This document shows positions 1 to 12,380 of a DNA stretch of 41,626 nt, piece by piece; the stretch's first letter is position 1, and the number at the start of each line of letters is the position of its first letter. Origin of the DNA: Octopus sinensis (taxonomy: Eukaryota); contig NW_021835224.1 of NCBI RefSeq assembly GCF_006345805.1, forward strand, positions 1-41,626, read 5' to 3'. Position numbers and translations under genes: made by a program. Under the pieces are notes generated by a model. It was given only the letters and a program-made list of their open reading frames with translations. It did not search any database and was not told the origin of the DNA.

Positions 1-380
1 AGCATGTGTTGGACGGTTCGACCGGGGTCTGGGAATCCAGAAGGCTGCACCAGGCTCCAGTCTGATCTTGGCAGTGTTTCTACAGCTGGATGCCCTTCCT
101 AACGCCAACCACTCCACGAGTGTAGTGGGTGCCTTTTACGTGCCACCGGCAGAGGTGCCAGGGGAGTCTGGCAGCGACCACGTTCGGATGGTGTTTTTTA
201 CTTGCCACCGGCAAAGAAGCCAGTCAGGGCGACGCTGGCATCGGCCATGTTCGGATGGTGCTTTTTATGTGCCACCGGCACAGAAGCTGGTTGAGGCGGC
301 ACTGGCTTCGGCCACGTTCGGATGGTGCTTTTTACGTGCCACCGGCACAGAGGCCGGACAAGGCGGTGCTGGCATCGACC
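1..380 (-). mobile_element. RTE-LINE-type 3' tail module with about 4 copies of the 67-bp unit
   Basis: Reverse complement of the module at 22025-22873 and of the LINE end at ~38480-38768 (ggatgcccttcctaacgccaaccactcc...; gtgccaccggc...cacgttcggatggtgctttttac repeated). Confidence 0.75.
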
Positions 381-395
381 AAACATTAGTGTTTG

Positions 396-440
<45 letters not shown>

Positions 441-750
441 TAGTAGAGTTAGCGGTTGGAATGACCATCTAAAGGATTAAAATATCGCTTTTTACTACTG
501 GTATAAATTGCCTATGTTAACCTTGGACGTATGTATGCTAGCATATTATGATCATAGGATACAGGCAATAGCAAAAATAAACAAGAGTTTATCGGGAATC
601 AAATTTAAATAAATCAGAAAATGGAGAAATTCTTCTCCATTTTATGCTCGACTGGTTCTCGTGCCAGTGGAACATTAAAAGCACCATCCGAGCGTGGAAC
701 ATTAAAAGCAAAAGCCAAACAGGTTTTGTGAAATCTCTTCCCAAAGGTTT

Positions 751-1120
751 GTGTCTTTCGACTTCTCACCTGAAGACATTCTGCACGAGGTTGTCAACAA
801 TGGGGTGAAACTGGCGAAGGTCCTTGGAGGTGACGGTTTTAACATCACAGAGGATGAGGTCAGCAACTTCATCCATGTCCACTTTGAAACCCTGACAGAT
901 GAAGATTTGTTGGAGTTAATGAAATCTGCCAGCCAAGAAGAGGAGGAGGAAGCGCCAGATCCAGGAGAGGAGGATGAGGTGGTCCTGGTAATTGAACGTC
1001 TGCCCGACCTTTTAAGGACCGCAAAGGAAATTCAAGAGAAGGCAAGAGCATGGGATCCCTATATGGTTCGATCTCTCCAATTTAAAAATGTCATCAATGC
1101 TGTCCTGCAGACATTTAAAC
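751..1120 (+). pseudogene. Tigger/pogo-family transposase C-terminal fragment
   Basis: Recognised sequence pattern after the DDE domain. No catalytic domain is present in the window. Confidence 0.6.
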
Positions 1121-1320
1121 ATATAAAACTTTCTCCACAACCACGAAGAAACCACGACAGCAAATTCCCATCCCAATGTTCCTCAAAGCCATCAAGAAAG
1201 CCTTGCACGGAGATACGACATCCCCCAAAACAGCTGAAGAAGAGGCGTCACCTGAACAGCTTTAAATTTTCTTTCTATCATCATCGTCTTAAATCAATAT
1301 CATTTATTATTGGTGAGTAA

Positions 1321-1497
1321 CTGGCCCTCATGCCGGTGGAACGTAAAAGCACCCACTATACTCTCGGAGTGGTTGGCGTTAGGAAGGGCATCCAGCTGTA
1401 GAAACTCTGCCAGATCAAGATTGGAGTCTGGTTCGCCAGACCTCAGTCAAATCGTCCAACCCATGCTAGCATGGAAAGCGGACGTTAAATGATGATT
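1321..1497 (+). mobile_element. RTE-type 3' tail fragment ending in (TGA)n
   Basis: ...aaaagcacccactatactctcggagtggttggcgttaggaagggcatccagctgtagaaac...ccaacccatgctagcatggaaagcggacgttaaatgatga matches the LINE 3' end at 38590-38768. Confidence 0.75.
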
Positions 1498-1568
1498 ATA
1501 TATATATATATATATATATACGCACACATATATGTATATAATATTTTATGTTATATTTTGATAACTAT

Positions 1569-1903
1569 AGGCGCATGGCTCAGTGGTTAGAGCGTCGAGT
1601 TTACAATCGTGAGGTTGTGAGCTTGAATCCCGGACCAGGATACGTGTTGTGTTCTTGAGCAAGACACTTTATTTCATGTTGCTCCAGTTCACTCAGTTGT
1701 AGAAATGAGTTGTGATGTCTCTGGTGCCAAGCTGTATCGGCCCCTTTGCTTTTCCCTTCGATAACATCGGTGGGGTGGAGAAGGGAGGCTGGTATGCTTG
1801 GGCGACTGCTGGTCTTCCATAAACAACTTTGCCCGCACTTGTGCCTGGGAGGGTAACTTTCTAGGTGCAATTCCATGGGCTATGTGGTGACCGAAGAAGG
1901 TCT
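1569..1903 (+). mobile_element. tRNA-derived SINE (family D)
   Basis: tRNA-like head with A-box (tggctcagtggttagagc) and degenerate B-box (gcttgaatccc), followed by a cttgagcaagacactt core. A partial related head occurs at ~19786-19880. Confidence 0.7.
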
Positions 1904-2002
1904 CAGATAGTCATTTTTATGGACCACATCCAATATTCATGGTTTTTCACTATTTGTGGGTGCTCTAGGAATGTAACCCCTGCGAACACCAAGGGACTAC
2001 TG

Positions 2003-2914
2003 TATACACATACACACACACACACACACATATATGTATACACACATACACACACATATATGTATATGTACATATATATATACACATACACACACACACA
2101 CACATATATATACATACACACACATATACACATACACCCACACATATACACGTACTCACACACACACACACACACACACATATATACACATACACACACA
2201 TACATATATATACATACACACACATACGTACATACATACACACACATACATACATACATACATACATACACACACACATAAATATATATACACACATATA
2301 CACATACGCACACATACATATCTATAAACACACACATCATCATCATCATCATCATCATCATCACCACCAGTATACACACTGTAAGCATTCAGACACCTCT
2401 TTCTTTGTACATAGTTGTCTGAATGAGTAAAATTGTAATTTTTAGAAACAGGTTCAATGCCCCGCCTCTCCCCCACCACCACCTCACCCCACACCCCCAC
2501 CCCGGCCTGGCCTCGCTTCTTACGTATATACTCATTTAGGTATGCCTGCGTGGATATATATATATACCTTTGTACATGAGTGGGTGTATATAAGTAGATA
2601 CGTTACGTGTGTGCGTGTATGAGGTGTGTTTCAAATGTTATATTTAGAAGTTGAGGATTGCATCAACATATAGGCATGTGTGTATATATATATACACACA
2701 CACACATACATACATACACACATAGCTTAACCTAATATATATATTTACATATGTGTGTGTGTGTGTTTGTGTGCATGTATAAACTGTATATATGTACATA
2801 TGGTATATATGTGTGTGTATGTATGTAGGTAGGTAATTGTGTGCTTGTGTGGGTAGGTATATATATGTGTGTGTGTGTGTCTATACACTCTATACACGCA
2901 CATAAATACATATC

Positions 2915-2953
<39 letters not shown>

Positions 2954-3090
2954 ATCATTAATGTAAATAATATATGCAGACACGTTTGTGTGATGGATAG
3001 ATGGATGGACACACAGACAGATACACAGACAGACAGACAGACAGACAGATAGATAGATAGATAGATAGAGGGATAGACAGACAGACAGAC

Positions 3091-3146
<56 letters not shown>

Positions 3147-3289
3147 GGATAGAGGGATAGATAGATAGATAGATAGATAGATATATAGAGATAGATAGAC
3201 AGACAGATAGATAGAGGGATAGATAGATAGATAGATGGATGGATGGATAAATAGACAGACAGACAGAGATAGATAGATAGATAGGTAGG

Positions 3290-3321
<32 letters not shown>

Positions 3322-3350
3322 CACACACACACTGATAGATAGATAGATAA
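2003..3350. repeat. Microsatellite cluster: (CA/TA)n, (CAT)n, (GATA/GACA)n
   Basis: Directly visible simple repeats; the GATA block spans ~2990-3350. Confidence 0.95.
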
Positions 3351-4059
3351 ATAATTAGATAAGACAGTTGGGTGTGTTTTACCCATTTATTTGAGGGACA
3401 TTTGGCTGCAATTTCTACTTGGTCTTGCTGCTACATAGCTGTCTCCCTCATTGTCTGGATGTAGTGTTGGTGGTCCAGTGTGGTGGTGGTGGTGGTGGTG
3501 GTGGTGGTGTAAAACAATACAAACAACTTTGCTCTTATCTTTTTTCTAAATAACATTTTGTTCCACTTAATATACTTTTAGAGACAATTAGAGACATTGT
3601 ATGAAGGCAGTGGTGGTGATGGTGGTGGTGGCGGTGGTGGTGGTGGCGGTAGTGTTGATATTGGCTGTTAATGTGAAGGACTCTTGAAATGTTATCAATT
3701 TCCGTCCACACACACACACACATGCGCACACACACACATACATGCAGCACATATACACATTTGTCCACATGCAAACAGACAATGCATTTATATACACACA
3801 TGTAAACGAATATACACACACATACATATGCATACATACACATACACACACATTCACATACAAACACACACACACATTCCCAAACACTTATAATATCCAT
3901 TATTCTTTTCTTACAGGAAACCTTCCTCAAAAGTATTCATCTAACGCATGCCAGCATGGAAAAATAGATGTTAAATGTCAATGACAAAGATGAAGAGATT
4001 ATGATGTTATATATAATAATGTGATGGACTCTCTCACCGGTTTCGACTCATGAGTATCT

Positions 4060-4208
4060 GACAATGCGTAACTAGTACTTAATTTATCGACCCCGAAAGG
4101 ATGAAAGGCAAAGTCGACCTCGGCGGAATTTGAACTCGGAACGTAACGGCAGACGAAATACGGCTACGAATTTCGCCCGGCGAGCTAACAGTTCTACAAG
4201 CTCGCCTT
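4060..4208 (-). mobile_element. tRNA-derived SINE (family B), 5' part
   Basis: Same sequence as the 13523-14701 units and 23584-23816 (ttatcgaccccgaaaggatgaaaggcaaagtcgacctcggcggaatttgaactc; B-box gagttcaaattcc on the minus strand). Confidence 0.75.
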
Positions 4209-4387
4209 ATATATATATATGTTAGAAGAAATAAGGTGTTGGTGTGTTTACATCTCTGTAGCTTAGTGGTTCAGCGAAAGAGACCGATAGAATAAGCACC
4301 AGGCTTAGAAAAAAAAATGGCCTGGGGTCAATTCATTTGACTAAAAATTCTTCAAAAGAGTGGTGCCCCAAGCAAAAGATAAAAGAT

Positions 4388-5115
4388 GCACACACACACA
4401 CACACGCACAAACACACACGCACGCACACACATACACACAAGCACAAACACGCACACACACATCACACACACATACACACGTGCACAAACACGCACACAC
4501 ACACACACGCACAAACACGCCCACACACACACATCACACGCACACACAAACACACACATAACACACACGCACAAACACACACGCGCACAAACACACACAC
4601 ACACGCACAAACACACGCACACACACACACAAACACATGCACACACACACATCACACGCACACACAAGCACACACACATCGCAACACATTCAAATGGCCT
4701 GCCATTAACTGCCCAAGACTGACCAGGGGCCAAACAGCAACACCACCACCAACAACAACAACTATATCCCCAACCACCACCAGAACCACCACCACCACCA
4801 CCACTACCTCCACCACAATCCACAGACTATTATTAGAATCTCTTGGCGGCTAGACCGATCCCCCCCCCCAAGCCACACCCGTTTGGATTTCAACTCTCAC
4901 CTCCGAGATAGACTTATCCCCTTCTTTACTCTCCGGCTGCATCCCACCACGACCACCACCACCTACACCCCACTCCAAGTTTCTCTGCACTTGTAAAATA
5001 ATTCAGTTGTTTCTTTACAAACACCCCCACCCCACCCTCCACACATATACATACATATGTAGTCCTATATGCATATTTATATATATTTATACAGATATAC
5101 ATATCATTACTATTA

Positions 5116-5149
<34 letters not shown>

Positions 5150-5165
5150 TAATATATACATATAC

Positions 5166-5197
<32 letters not shown>

Positions 5198-5435
5198 ATA
5201 TATATATATATACATATGTATGTGTGTGTGTATGTGCATTATATTATATGTATATGTATATATATATTATACACATTCATATATGTACATATGTGTGTAT
5301 ATATGTGTGTGTGTGTATATATATATATCTAATATATACACACGCACACACATATATATGTATAGTGTACACACCACATACACAAGTGAATGACTTTTGG
5401 ATCCAATATATATTATATGCATTGTGTATATATAT

Positions 5436-5474
<39 letters not shown>
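4388..5474. repeat. (CA)n, (ACC)n and (TA/TG)n microsatellites
   Basis: Directly visible simple repeats. Confidence 0.9.
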
Positions 5475-5477
<3 letters not shown>

Positions 5478-8400
5478 TCAACAATTGAGGGCAAAATTAA
5501 TTAATTATTATCAATTTCACACAAGTGTTCAGTATGCAAGGGACCATTCAAGGCGAATTCAAATTATTACATTATATAAAAGGGCTTAGTAAAATAAATA
5601 CTTTGCCGCATACTGAACTCATTAGAAATAGCAGCTAAAAAACTTTTTTAAGGCTATTTCTAATACTTAAAGAAAATCTCTCTCATATATAGTGTTTGCA
5701 TAATTTAACAACTCACAAAAGTTTGGGGGTAATGACATCGAAAAATCAAATGCTAAGGTTATTCGAGAACGTACGTTTCAAGATTAGTCAAAACACATTT
5801 CTATCATCTCGGCTCGGAATTCCTTGGTTTTGGATTGGAAACACTGAAAATAAGAACATACCTTCTCGAAGATCTGCTCCCAACTAACAGTGTCAACAAA
5901 TTCAAAATAAGCAAGCGAAAATCTCTGTTCTCCCCTTTCCACCAGCGTGGGTTAAAATCATCAAACTCTATGCTTTTTCGGTAAAGTCCGAAGCATTAAT
6001 CAGAGGGAGATTATTATAATTTCAACAATTGAGGGCAAAATTAATTAATTATTAATCAATTTCACCAAGTGTTCAGTATGCAAGGGACCATTCAAGGCGA
6101 ATTCAATTATTACATTATATAAAAGGGCTTAGTAAAATAAATTACTTTGCCGCATACTGAACTCATTAGAAATAGCAGCTAAAAAACTTTTTTAAGGCTA
6201 TTTCTAATACTTAAAGAAAATCTCTCTCATATATAGTGTTTGCATAATTTAACTCACAAAAGTTTTGGGGTAATGACATCGAAAAATCAAATGCTAAGTT
6301 ATTCGAGAACGTACGTTTCAAGATTAGTCAAAACAACATTTCTATCATCGGCTCGGAATTCCTTGGTTTGGATTTGGAAACACTGAAAATAAGAACATAC
6401 CTTCTCGAAGATCTGCTCCCAACTAACAGTGTCAACAAATTCAAAATAAGCAAGCGAAGAATCTCTGTTCTCCCCTTTCCACCAGCGTGGGTTAAAATCA
6501 TCAAACTCTATGCTTATTTCGGTAAAGTCCGAAGCATTAATCAGAGGGAGATTAATTATAATTTCAACAATTGAGGGCAAAATTAATTAATTATTAATCA
6601 ATTTCACCAAGTGTTCAGTATGCAAAGGGACCATTCAAGGCGAATTCAAATTATTACATTATATAAAAGGGCTTAGTAAAATAAATTACTTTGCCGCATA
6701 CTGAACTCATTAGAAATAGCAGCTAAAAAACTTTTTTAAGGCTATTTCTAATACTTAAAGAAAATCTCTCTCATATATAGTGTTTGCATATTTAACTCAC
6801 AAAATTTGGGGGTAATGACATCGAAAAATCAATGCTAAAGGTTTGATTCGAGAACGTACGTTTCAAGATTGTCAAAACAACATTTCTATCATCGGCTCGG
6901 AAATTCCTTGGTTTGGATTTGGAAACACTGAAAATAAGAACATACCTTCTCGAAGATCTGCTCCCAACTAACAGTGTCAACAAATTCAAAAAGCAAGCGA
7001 AGAATCTCTGTTCTCCCCCCCTTTCCACCAGCGTGGGTTAAAATCATCAACTCTATGCTTATTTCGGTAAAGTCCGAAGCATTAATCAGAGGAGATTAAT
7101 TATAATTTCAACAAATTGGGCAAAATTAATTAATTATTAATCAATTTCACCAAGTGTTCAGTATGCAGGGACCATTCAAGGCGAATTCAAATTATTACAT
7201 TATATAAAAGGGCTTAGTAAAATAAATTACTTTGCCGCATACTGAACTCATTAGAAATAGCAGCTAAAAAACTTTTTTAAGGCTATTTCTAATACTTAAA
7301 GAAAATCTCTCTCATATATAGTGTTTGCATAATTTAACTCACAAAAGTTTGGGGGTAATGACATCGAAAAATCAAATGCTAAGGTTATTCGAGAACGTAC
7401 GTTTCAAGATTAGTCAAAACAACATTTCTATCATCGGCTCGGAAATTCCTTGGTTTGGATTTGGAAACACTGAAAATAAGAACATACCTTCTCGAAGATC
7501 TGCTCCCAACTAACAGTGTCAACAAATTCAAAATAAGCAAGCGAAGAATCTCTGTTCTCCCCCTTTCCACCAGCGTGGGTTAAAATCATCAAACTCTATG
7601 CTTATTTCGGTAAAGTCCGAAGCATAATCAGAGGGAGATTAATTATAATTTCAACAATTGAGGGCAAAATTAATTAATTATTAATCAATTTCACCAAGTG
7701 TTCAGTATGCAAAGGGACCATTCAAGCGAATTCAAATTATTACATTATATAAAAGGGCTTAGTAAAATAAATTACTTTGCCGCATACTGAACTCATTAGA
7801 AATAGCAGCTAAAAAACTTCTTTAAGGCTATTTCTAATACTTAAGAAAATCTCTCTCATATATAGTGTTTGCATAATTTAACTCCCAAAAGTTTGGGGGT
7901 AATGACATCGAAAAATCAAATGCTAAGGTTATTCGAGAACGTACGTTTCAAGATTAGTCCAAAACCAACATTTCTATCATCGCTCGGAAATTCCTTGTTT
8001 GGATTTGGAAACACTGAAAATAAGAACATACCTTTCGAAGATCTGCTCCCAACTAACAGTGTCAACAATTCAAAATAAGCAAGCGAAGAATCTCTGTTCT
8101 CCCCCTTTCCACCAGCGTGGGTTAAAATCATCAAACTCTATGCTTATTTCGGTAAAGTCCGAAGCATTAATCAGAGGGAGATTAATTATAATTTCAACAA
8201 TTGAGGGCAAAATTAATTAATTATTAATCAATTTCACCAAGTGTTCAGTATCAAAGGGACCATTCAAGGCGAATTCAAATTATTACATTATATAAAAGGG
8301 CTTAGTAAAATAAATTACTTTGCCGCATACTGAACTCATTAGAATAGCAGCTAAAAAACTTTTTTAGGCTATTTCTAATACTTAAAGAATCTCTCTCATA

Positions 8401-8681
8401 TATAGTGTTTGCATAATTTAACTCACAAAAGTTTGGGGGTAATGACATCGAAAAATCAAATGCTAAGGTTATTCGAGAACGTACGTTTCAAGATTAGTCA
8501 AAACAACATTTCTATCATCGGCTCGGAAATTCCTTGGTTTGGATTTGGAAAACTGAAAATAAGAACATACCTTCTCGAAGATCTGCTCCCACTAACAGTG
8601 TCAACAAATCCAAATAAGCAAGCGAAGAATCTCTGTTCTCCCCTTTCCAACAGCGTGGGTTAAAATCATCAAACTCTATGC
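5475..8681 (-). repeat. 543-bp tandem array, arm 1 (5 full units plus one ~490-bp unit); hammerhead motif on the minus strand of each unit
   Basis: Unit starts (atttcaacaattgagggc) at 5475, 6019, 6561, 7105, 7648 and 8191. Copies are near-identical apart from small indels. The left end abuts (TA)n. Confidence 0.95.
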
Positions 8682-8992
8682 CTTTATATATGTAATAATT
8701 TGAATTCGCCTTGAATGGTCCCTTTGCATACTGAACACTTGGTGAAATTGATTAATAATTAATTAATTTTTGCCCTCAATTGTTGAAATTATAATTAATC
8801 TCCCTCTGATTAATGCTTCGGACTTTACCGAAATAAGCATAGAGTTTGATGATTTTAACCCACGCTGGTGGAAAGGGGAGAACAGAGATTCTTCGCTTGC
8901 TTATTTTGAATTTGTTGACACTGTTAGTTGGGAGCAGATCTTCGAGAAGGTATGTTCTTATTTTCAGTGTTTCCAAATCCAAACCAAGGAAT

Positions 8993-9049
8993 TTCCGAGC
9001 CGATGATAGAAATGTTGTTTTGACTAATCTTGAAACGTACGTTCTCGAA
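8993..9049 (+). ncRNA. Putative minimal type-I hammerhead ribozyme (U4C variant) in the 543-bp unit
   Basis: ttccgag-CCGATGA-(tagaaatgttgttttgactaatctt)-GAAA-cgtacg-TT-ctcgaa. Helix I is cgag/ctcg, helix/loop III is the palindrome ACGTACGT, and predicted cleavage is after GUU at 9043. Helix II is weak. Confidence 0.6.
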
Positions 9050-9538
9050 TAACCTTAGCATTTGATTTTTCGATCATGTCCTTACCCCCAAACTTTTGTG
9101 AGTTAAATTATGCAAACACTATATATGAGAGAGATTTTCTTTAGTATTAGAAATAGCCTTAAAAAAGTTTTTTAGCTGCTATTTCTAATGAGTTCAGTAT
9201 GCGGCAAAGTAATTTATTTTACTAAGCCCTTTTATATAATGTAATAATTTGAATTCGCCTTGAATGGTCCTTTGCATACTGAACACTTGGTGAAATTGAT
9301 TAATAATTAATTATTTTGCCCAATTGTTGAAATTATAATTAATCTCCCTCTGATTAATGCTTCGGACTTTACCGAAATAAGCATAGAGTTTGATGATTTT
9401 AACCCACGCTGGTGGAAAGGGGAGAACAGAGAGTTTCTTCGCTTGCTTATTTTGAATTTGTTGACACTGTTAGTTGGGAGCAGATCTTCGAGAAGGTATG
9501 TTCTTATTTTCAGTGTTTCCAAATCCAAACCAAGGAAT

Positions 9539-9595
9539 TTCCGAGCCGATGATAGAAATGTTGTTTTGACTAATCTTGAAACGTACGTTCTCGAA
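9539..9595 (+). ncRNA. Putative minimal hammerhead ribozyme, second copy in arm 2
   Basis: Identical motif to 8993-9049. Minus-strand copies occur near 5762, 6302, 6847, 7388, 7932 and 8472; those near 5762 and 7932 have indels in the core. Confidence 0.6.
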
Positions 9596-10338
9596 TAACC
9601 TTAGCATTTGATTTTTCGATGTCATTACCCCCAAACTTTTGTGAGTAAATTATGCAAACACTATATATGAGAGAGATTTTCTTTAAGTATTAGAAATAGC
9701 CTTAAAAAAGTTTTTTAGCTGCTTATTTCTAATGAGTTCAGTATGCGGCAAAGTAATTTATTTTACTAAGCCCTTTTATAATATATATAAATATTATATA
9801 TATACATATATATACATATACAACTATATATAATATGCATGCCACACACACACACAGACATACATATGTGTATATATTATATATATAATATATATTATAT
9901 ATATATATAATGCATGTTGTATGTATGTATATATGTCTGTGTATATACAATGATGATGTCTAAAAGTTCATAGCAGTTCTGTTATCATAGGAGGAATGAG
10001 GAAAAAACCAGAAACAGGAAAGATTCCATTCTTACTGCTCCTCTCCCCTCTCCTCCCCCAGCTCCACCACCACCACCACCACCAGCACCACCACCACCAT
10101 CACCATCATCATTATCATCGCTGCCACCTTCCCCCCCATACCCCGCACCACATACCCCCACCTCACCCCACCCGCCCTGCCCCGCCCCGAAGCATGGATT
10201 CTACCCAACTGGGGTACGTAGCATTTCCTGGTTGACTCAGCTCACGGTTGGTTCCTTCTTTCCTTCCCCCCTTCTTTCTTTCAAAAATTCTTCTGGCTAT
10301 TTTCATTCATTCATACTTGCTTGCTCTCTTTCTTTCAC

Positions 10339-10386
<48 letters not shown>

Positions 10387-10526
10387 TCCCCATATATGTG
10401 TATATATATAGAAATACTCACACACACACACACACACACAGGATCTTTTCGGTTTGAACGGCAGTTTTTTAAAATAAATTCCACGTAACTAAACACTTTT
10501 AAACTAATCATTAATTAACAAAGTTA

Positions 10527-10940
10527 AGGAGTGGCTGTGGGTAAGTAGCTTGCTAACCAACCACATGGTTCCGGGTTCAGTCCCACTGCGTGGTCATCTT
10601 GGGCAGTGTCTTTCTGCTATAGCCCCGGGCTGACCAAAGCCTTGTGAGTGGATTGGTAGATGAAACTGAAAGAAGCCTGTCGTATATATGTTATATATAT
10701 ATATATATATATTATGTTGTGTTTTGTGTGTCTGTGTTTGTCCCCTTAGCATGCTTGACAACCGATGCTGGGTGTTTACAATCCCATCCCCGTCACTTAG
10801 CGGTTCGGCAAAATGAGACCGATAGAATAAGTACTGGGCTTACAAAAAGAATAAGTCCCGGGGTTGATTTGGTCAACTAAAGGTGGTGCTCCAGCATGGC
10901 CGCAGTCAAATGACTGAAACAAGTAAAAGAGTAAAAGAGT
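10527..10940 (+). mobile_element. tRNA-derived SINE (family A)
   Basis: Head ggagtggctgtg(t)ggtaag...ggttccgggttcagtccc, cttgggca(a)gtgtctt core, internal (TA/TG)n and tail gactgaaacaagtaaaagagtaaaagag. Many copies in the window. Confidence 0.85.
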
Positions 10941-11114
10941 ATAGAGTTACTTCGGAAATCATTATCGGGTTAATTAACTTCTGTTAACTCAGGTCAACTT
11001 GAGTTAACTTTAATTAACTTTAATTCAATTGAAGTTAACGAGTTTTATAGTTTTGGCACTTTTTAAAGGTGTTTTCAGGTGGTCTTGGAGCAAAAACTGA
11101 TTTTTGGGGTTTTA

Positions 11115-11625
11115 TCTATATATATAAAACTGTAGTTGTGTGAGTGTCTGTCCCCTTCGATTTAGATTCCTAACTCCTCCCACATTTTGCGGTGCAGTTT
11201 AACCAAATTCGGGTAGCTTATAGTCGTGATTCATATCGAGCCCGTCTGACTATTAGCGCGCGTCTACAATGAGTCTACGATTTAAAAAAAAATTTAACAT
11301 CATTTTTTATTCCATTTTAATGCATAAAATGCATCGTGTGTCGATGGCGGCGGAGTTGGCGTCCACGCTCACAGCTGCACCTGTTTGCTTCTCCCCCTTC
11401 TTCCCTCCCTCGTGAAGCTGTGGGGAAGGGAGTGTAAGGAAATCAACGCCGTTAAAGCATTAAGGAGACCAGCGTTCTTTTAGACAAACGACTCATGGCT
11501 TGAAGACACCAAAACAGAAATGGCTAAGAAGCCCGAATTGGCATCTATAAGGGAAGTAACTCTCTAAAAATGCTTATATAGTTATTTCCCTTACAAACCC
11601 GAGCAATGCCGGGCGATACTGCTAG
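11115..11625 (+). mobile_element. Non-autonomous Helitron
   Basis: 5' A|TCTATATATATAAAA, 3' hairpin cccgagcaatgccggg 8 nt before CTAG|T. Inserted between A and T with no target-site duplication. Confidence 0.85.
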
Positions 11626-11778
11626 TCTATAATAAAAATTAATGTGAATGGTTTATTGATAACTTTCATCACATTTTTAAAGACAACTGAATCTTGGTTA
11701 TCGAAGTTAACTTTTACATTAAAGGATTAAAAGTTAACGAAGTTAACATTCCAATTAATGATGTTCACATTTATTAAA

Positions 11779-12380
11779 CTAGCAGTATCGCCCGGTGTTG
11801 CTTGGGTTTGTAAGGGAAATAACTATATAAGCATTTTTAGAGAGTTATAGCCAAAAAATAGCAAAAAAATGCATTAAAAATGGAAAAAAATGATGGTAAT
11901 TTTTTTTAAAATCGTAGACTCATCGTAGACATTTTTAGAGAGTTACTTCCCTTATATAATAGCGAAAAAATGCATTAAAATGGAAAAAAAATGATGGTAA
12001 ATTTGTTTAAAAATCGTTGACTCATCGTAGACATTTTTAGAGAGTTACTTCCCTTATATAATAGCGAAAAAATGCATTAAAATGGAAAAAAATTATGGTA
12101 AATTTTTTTTTAAATTGTAGACTCATCGTAGACATTTTTAGAGAGTTACTTCCCCTATATAATAGCGAAAAAATGCATTAAAATGGAAAAAAATGATGGT
12201 AAATTTTTTTTTAAATCGTTGACTCATCGTAGACGCGCCCTAATACCCAGAAGGGCTCGATATGAATCACGATTATAAGATACCCGGTTTTGGTTAAACT
12301 GCATCGCAAAATGTGGGAGTAGTTAGGAATCTAAATCGTAGGAGACAGACAGCACACAACTTCACTTTTATATATAAAGA
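11779..12380 (-). mobile_element. Non-autonomous Helitron (same family) with internal ~94-bp tandem repeats
   Basis: On the minus strand it starts TCTTTATATATAAAA and ends with a hairpin plus CTAG, at an A|T site. About 4 copies of catttttagagagtta...gactcatcgtaga at ~11832-12232. Confidence 0.85.

Larger units (their letters stand above)
720..2002 (+). mobile_element. Tigger/pogo-like DNA transposon, 3' remnant interrupted by later insertions
   Basis: ORF 751-1320 has GF-NITEDEV...LTDEDLLEL...EEEEE...WDPYMVRS, resembling the TIGD/Tigger transposase C-terminal tail. A Tigger-like end ...caccaagggactactg|TA lies at 2002. The left boundary is approximate. Confidence 0.65.
8682..9780 (+). repeat. 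543-bp tandem array, inverted arm 2 (2 units)
   Basis: Reverse complement of the arm 1 unit. It begins at ctttatata(a)tgtaataatttgaattcgcc and ends at ttactaagcccttttata, running into (TA)n. Confidence 0.95.

Noticed and set aside
8770-9006. 60-93 aa ORFs repeated in the 543-bp unit
   Set aside because: Mostly non-ATG starts, frames vary between copies, and there is no recognisable domain.
9184-9305. Second hammerhead-like pattern CTAATGA-gttcagtatgc...gcatactgaac-acttggt-GAAA
   Set aside because: G5 is replaced by A, 7 extra bases precede GAAA, and there is no convincing helix I.
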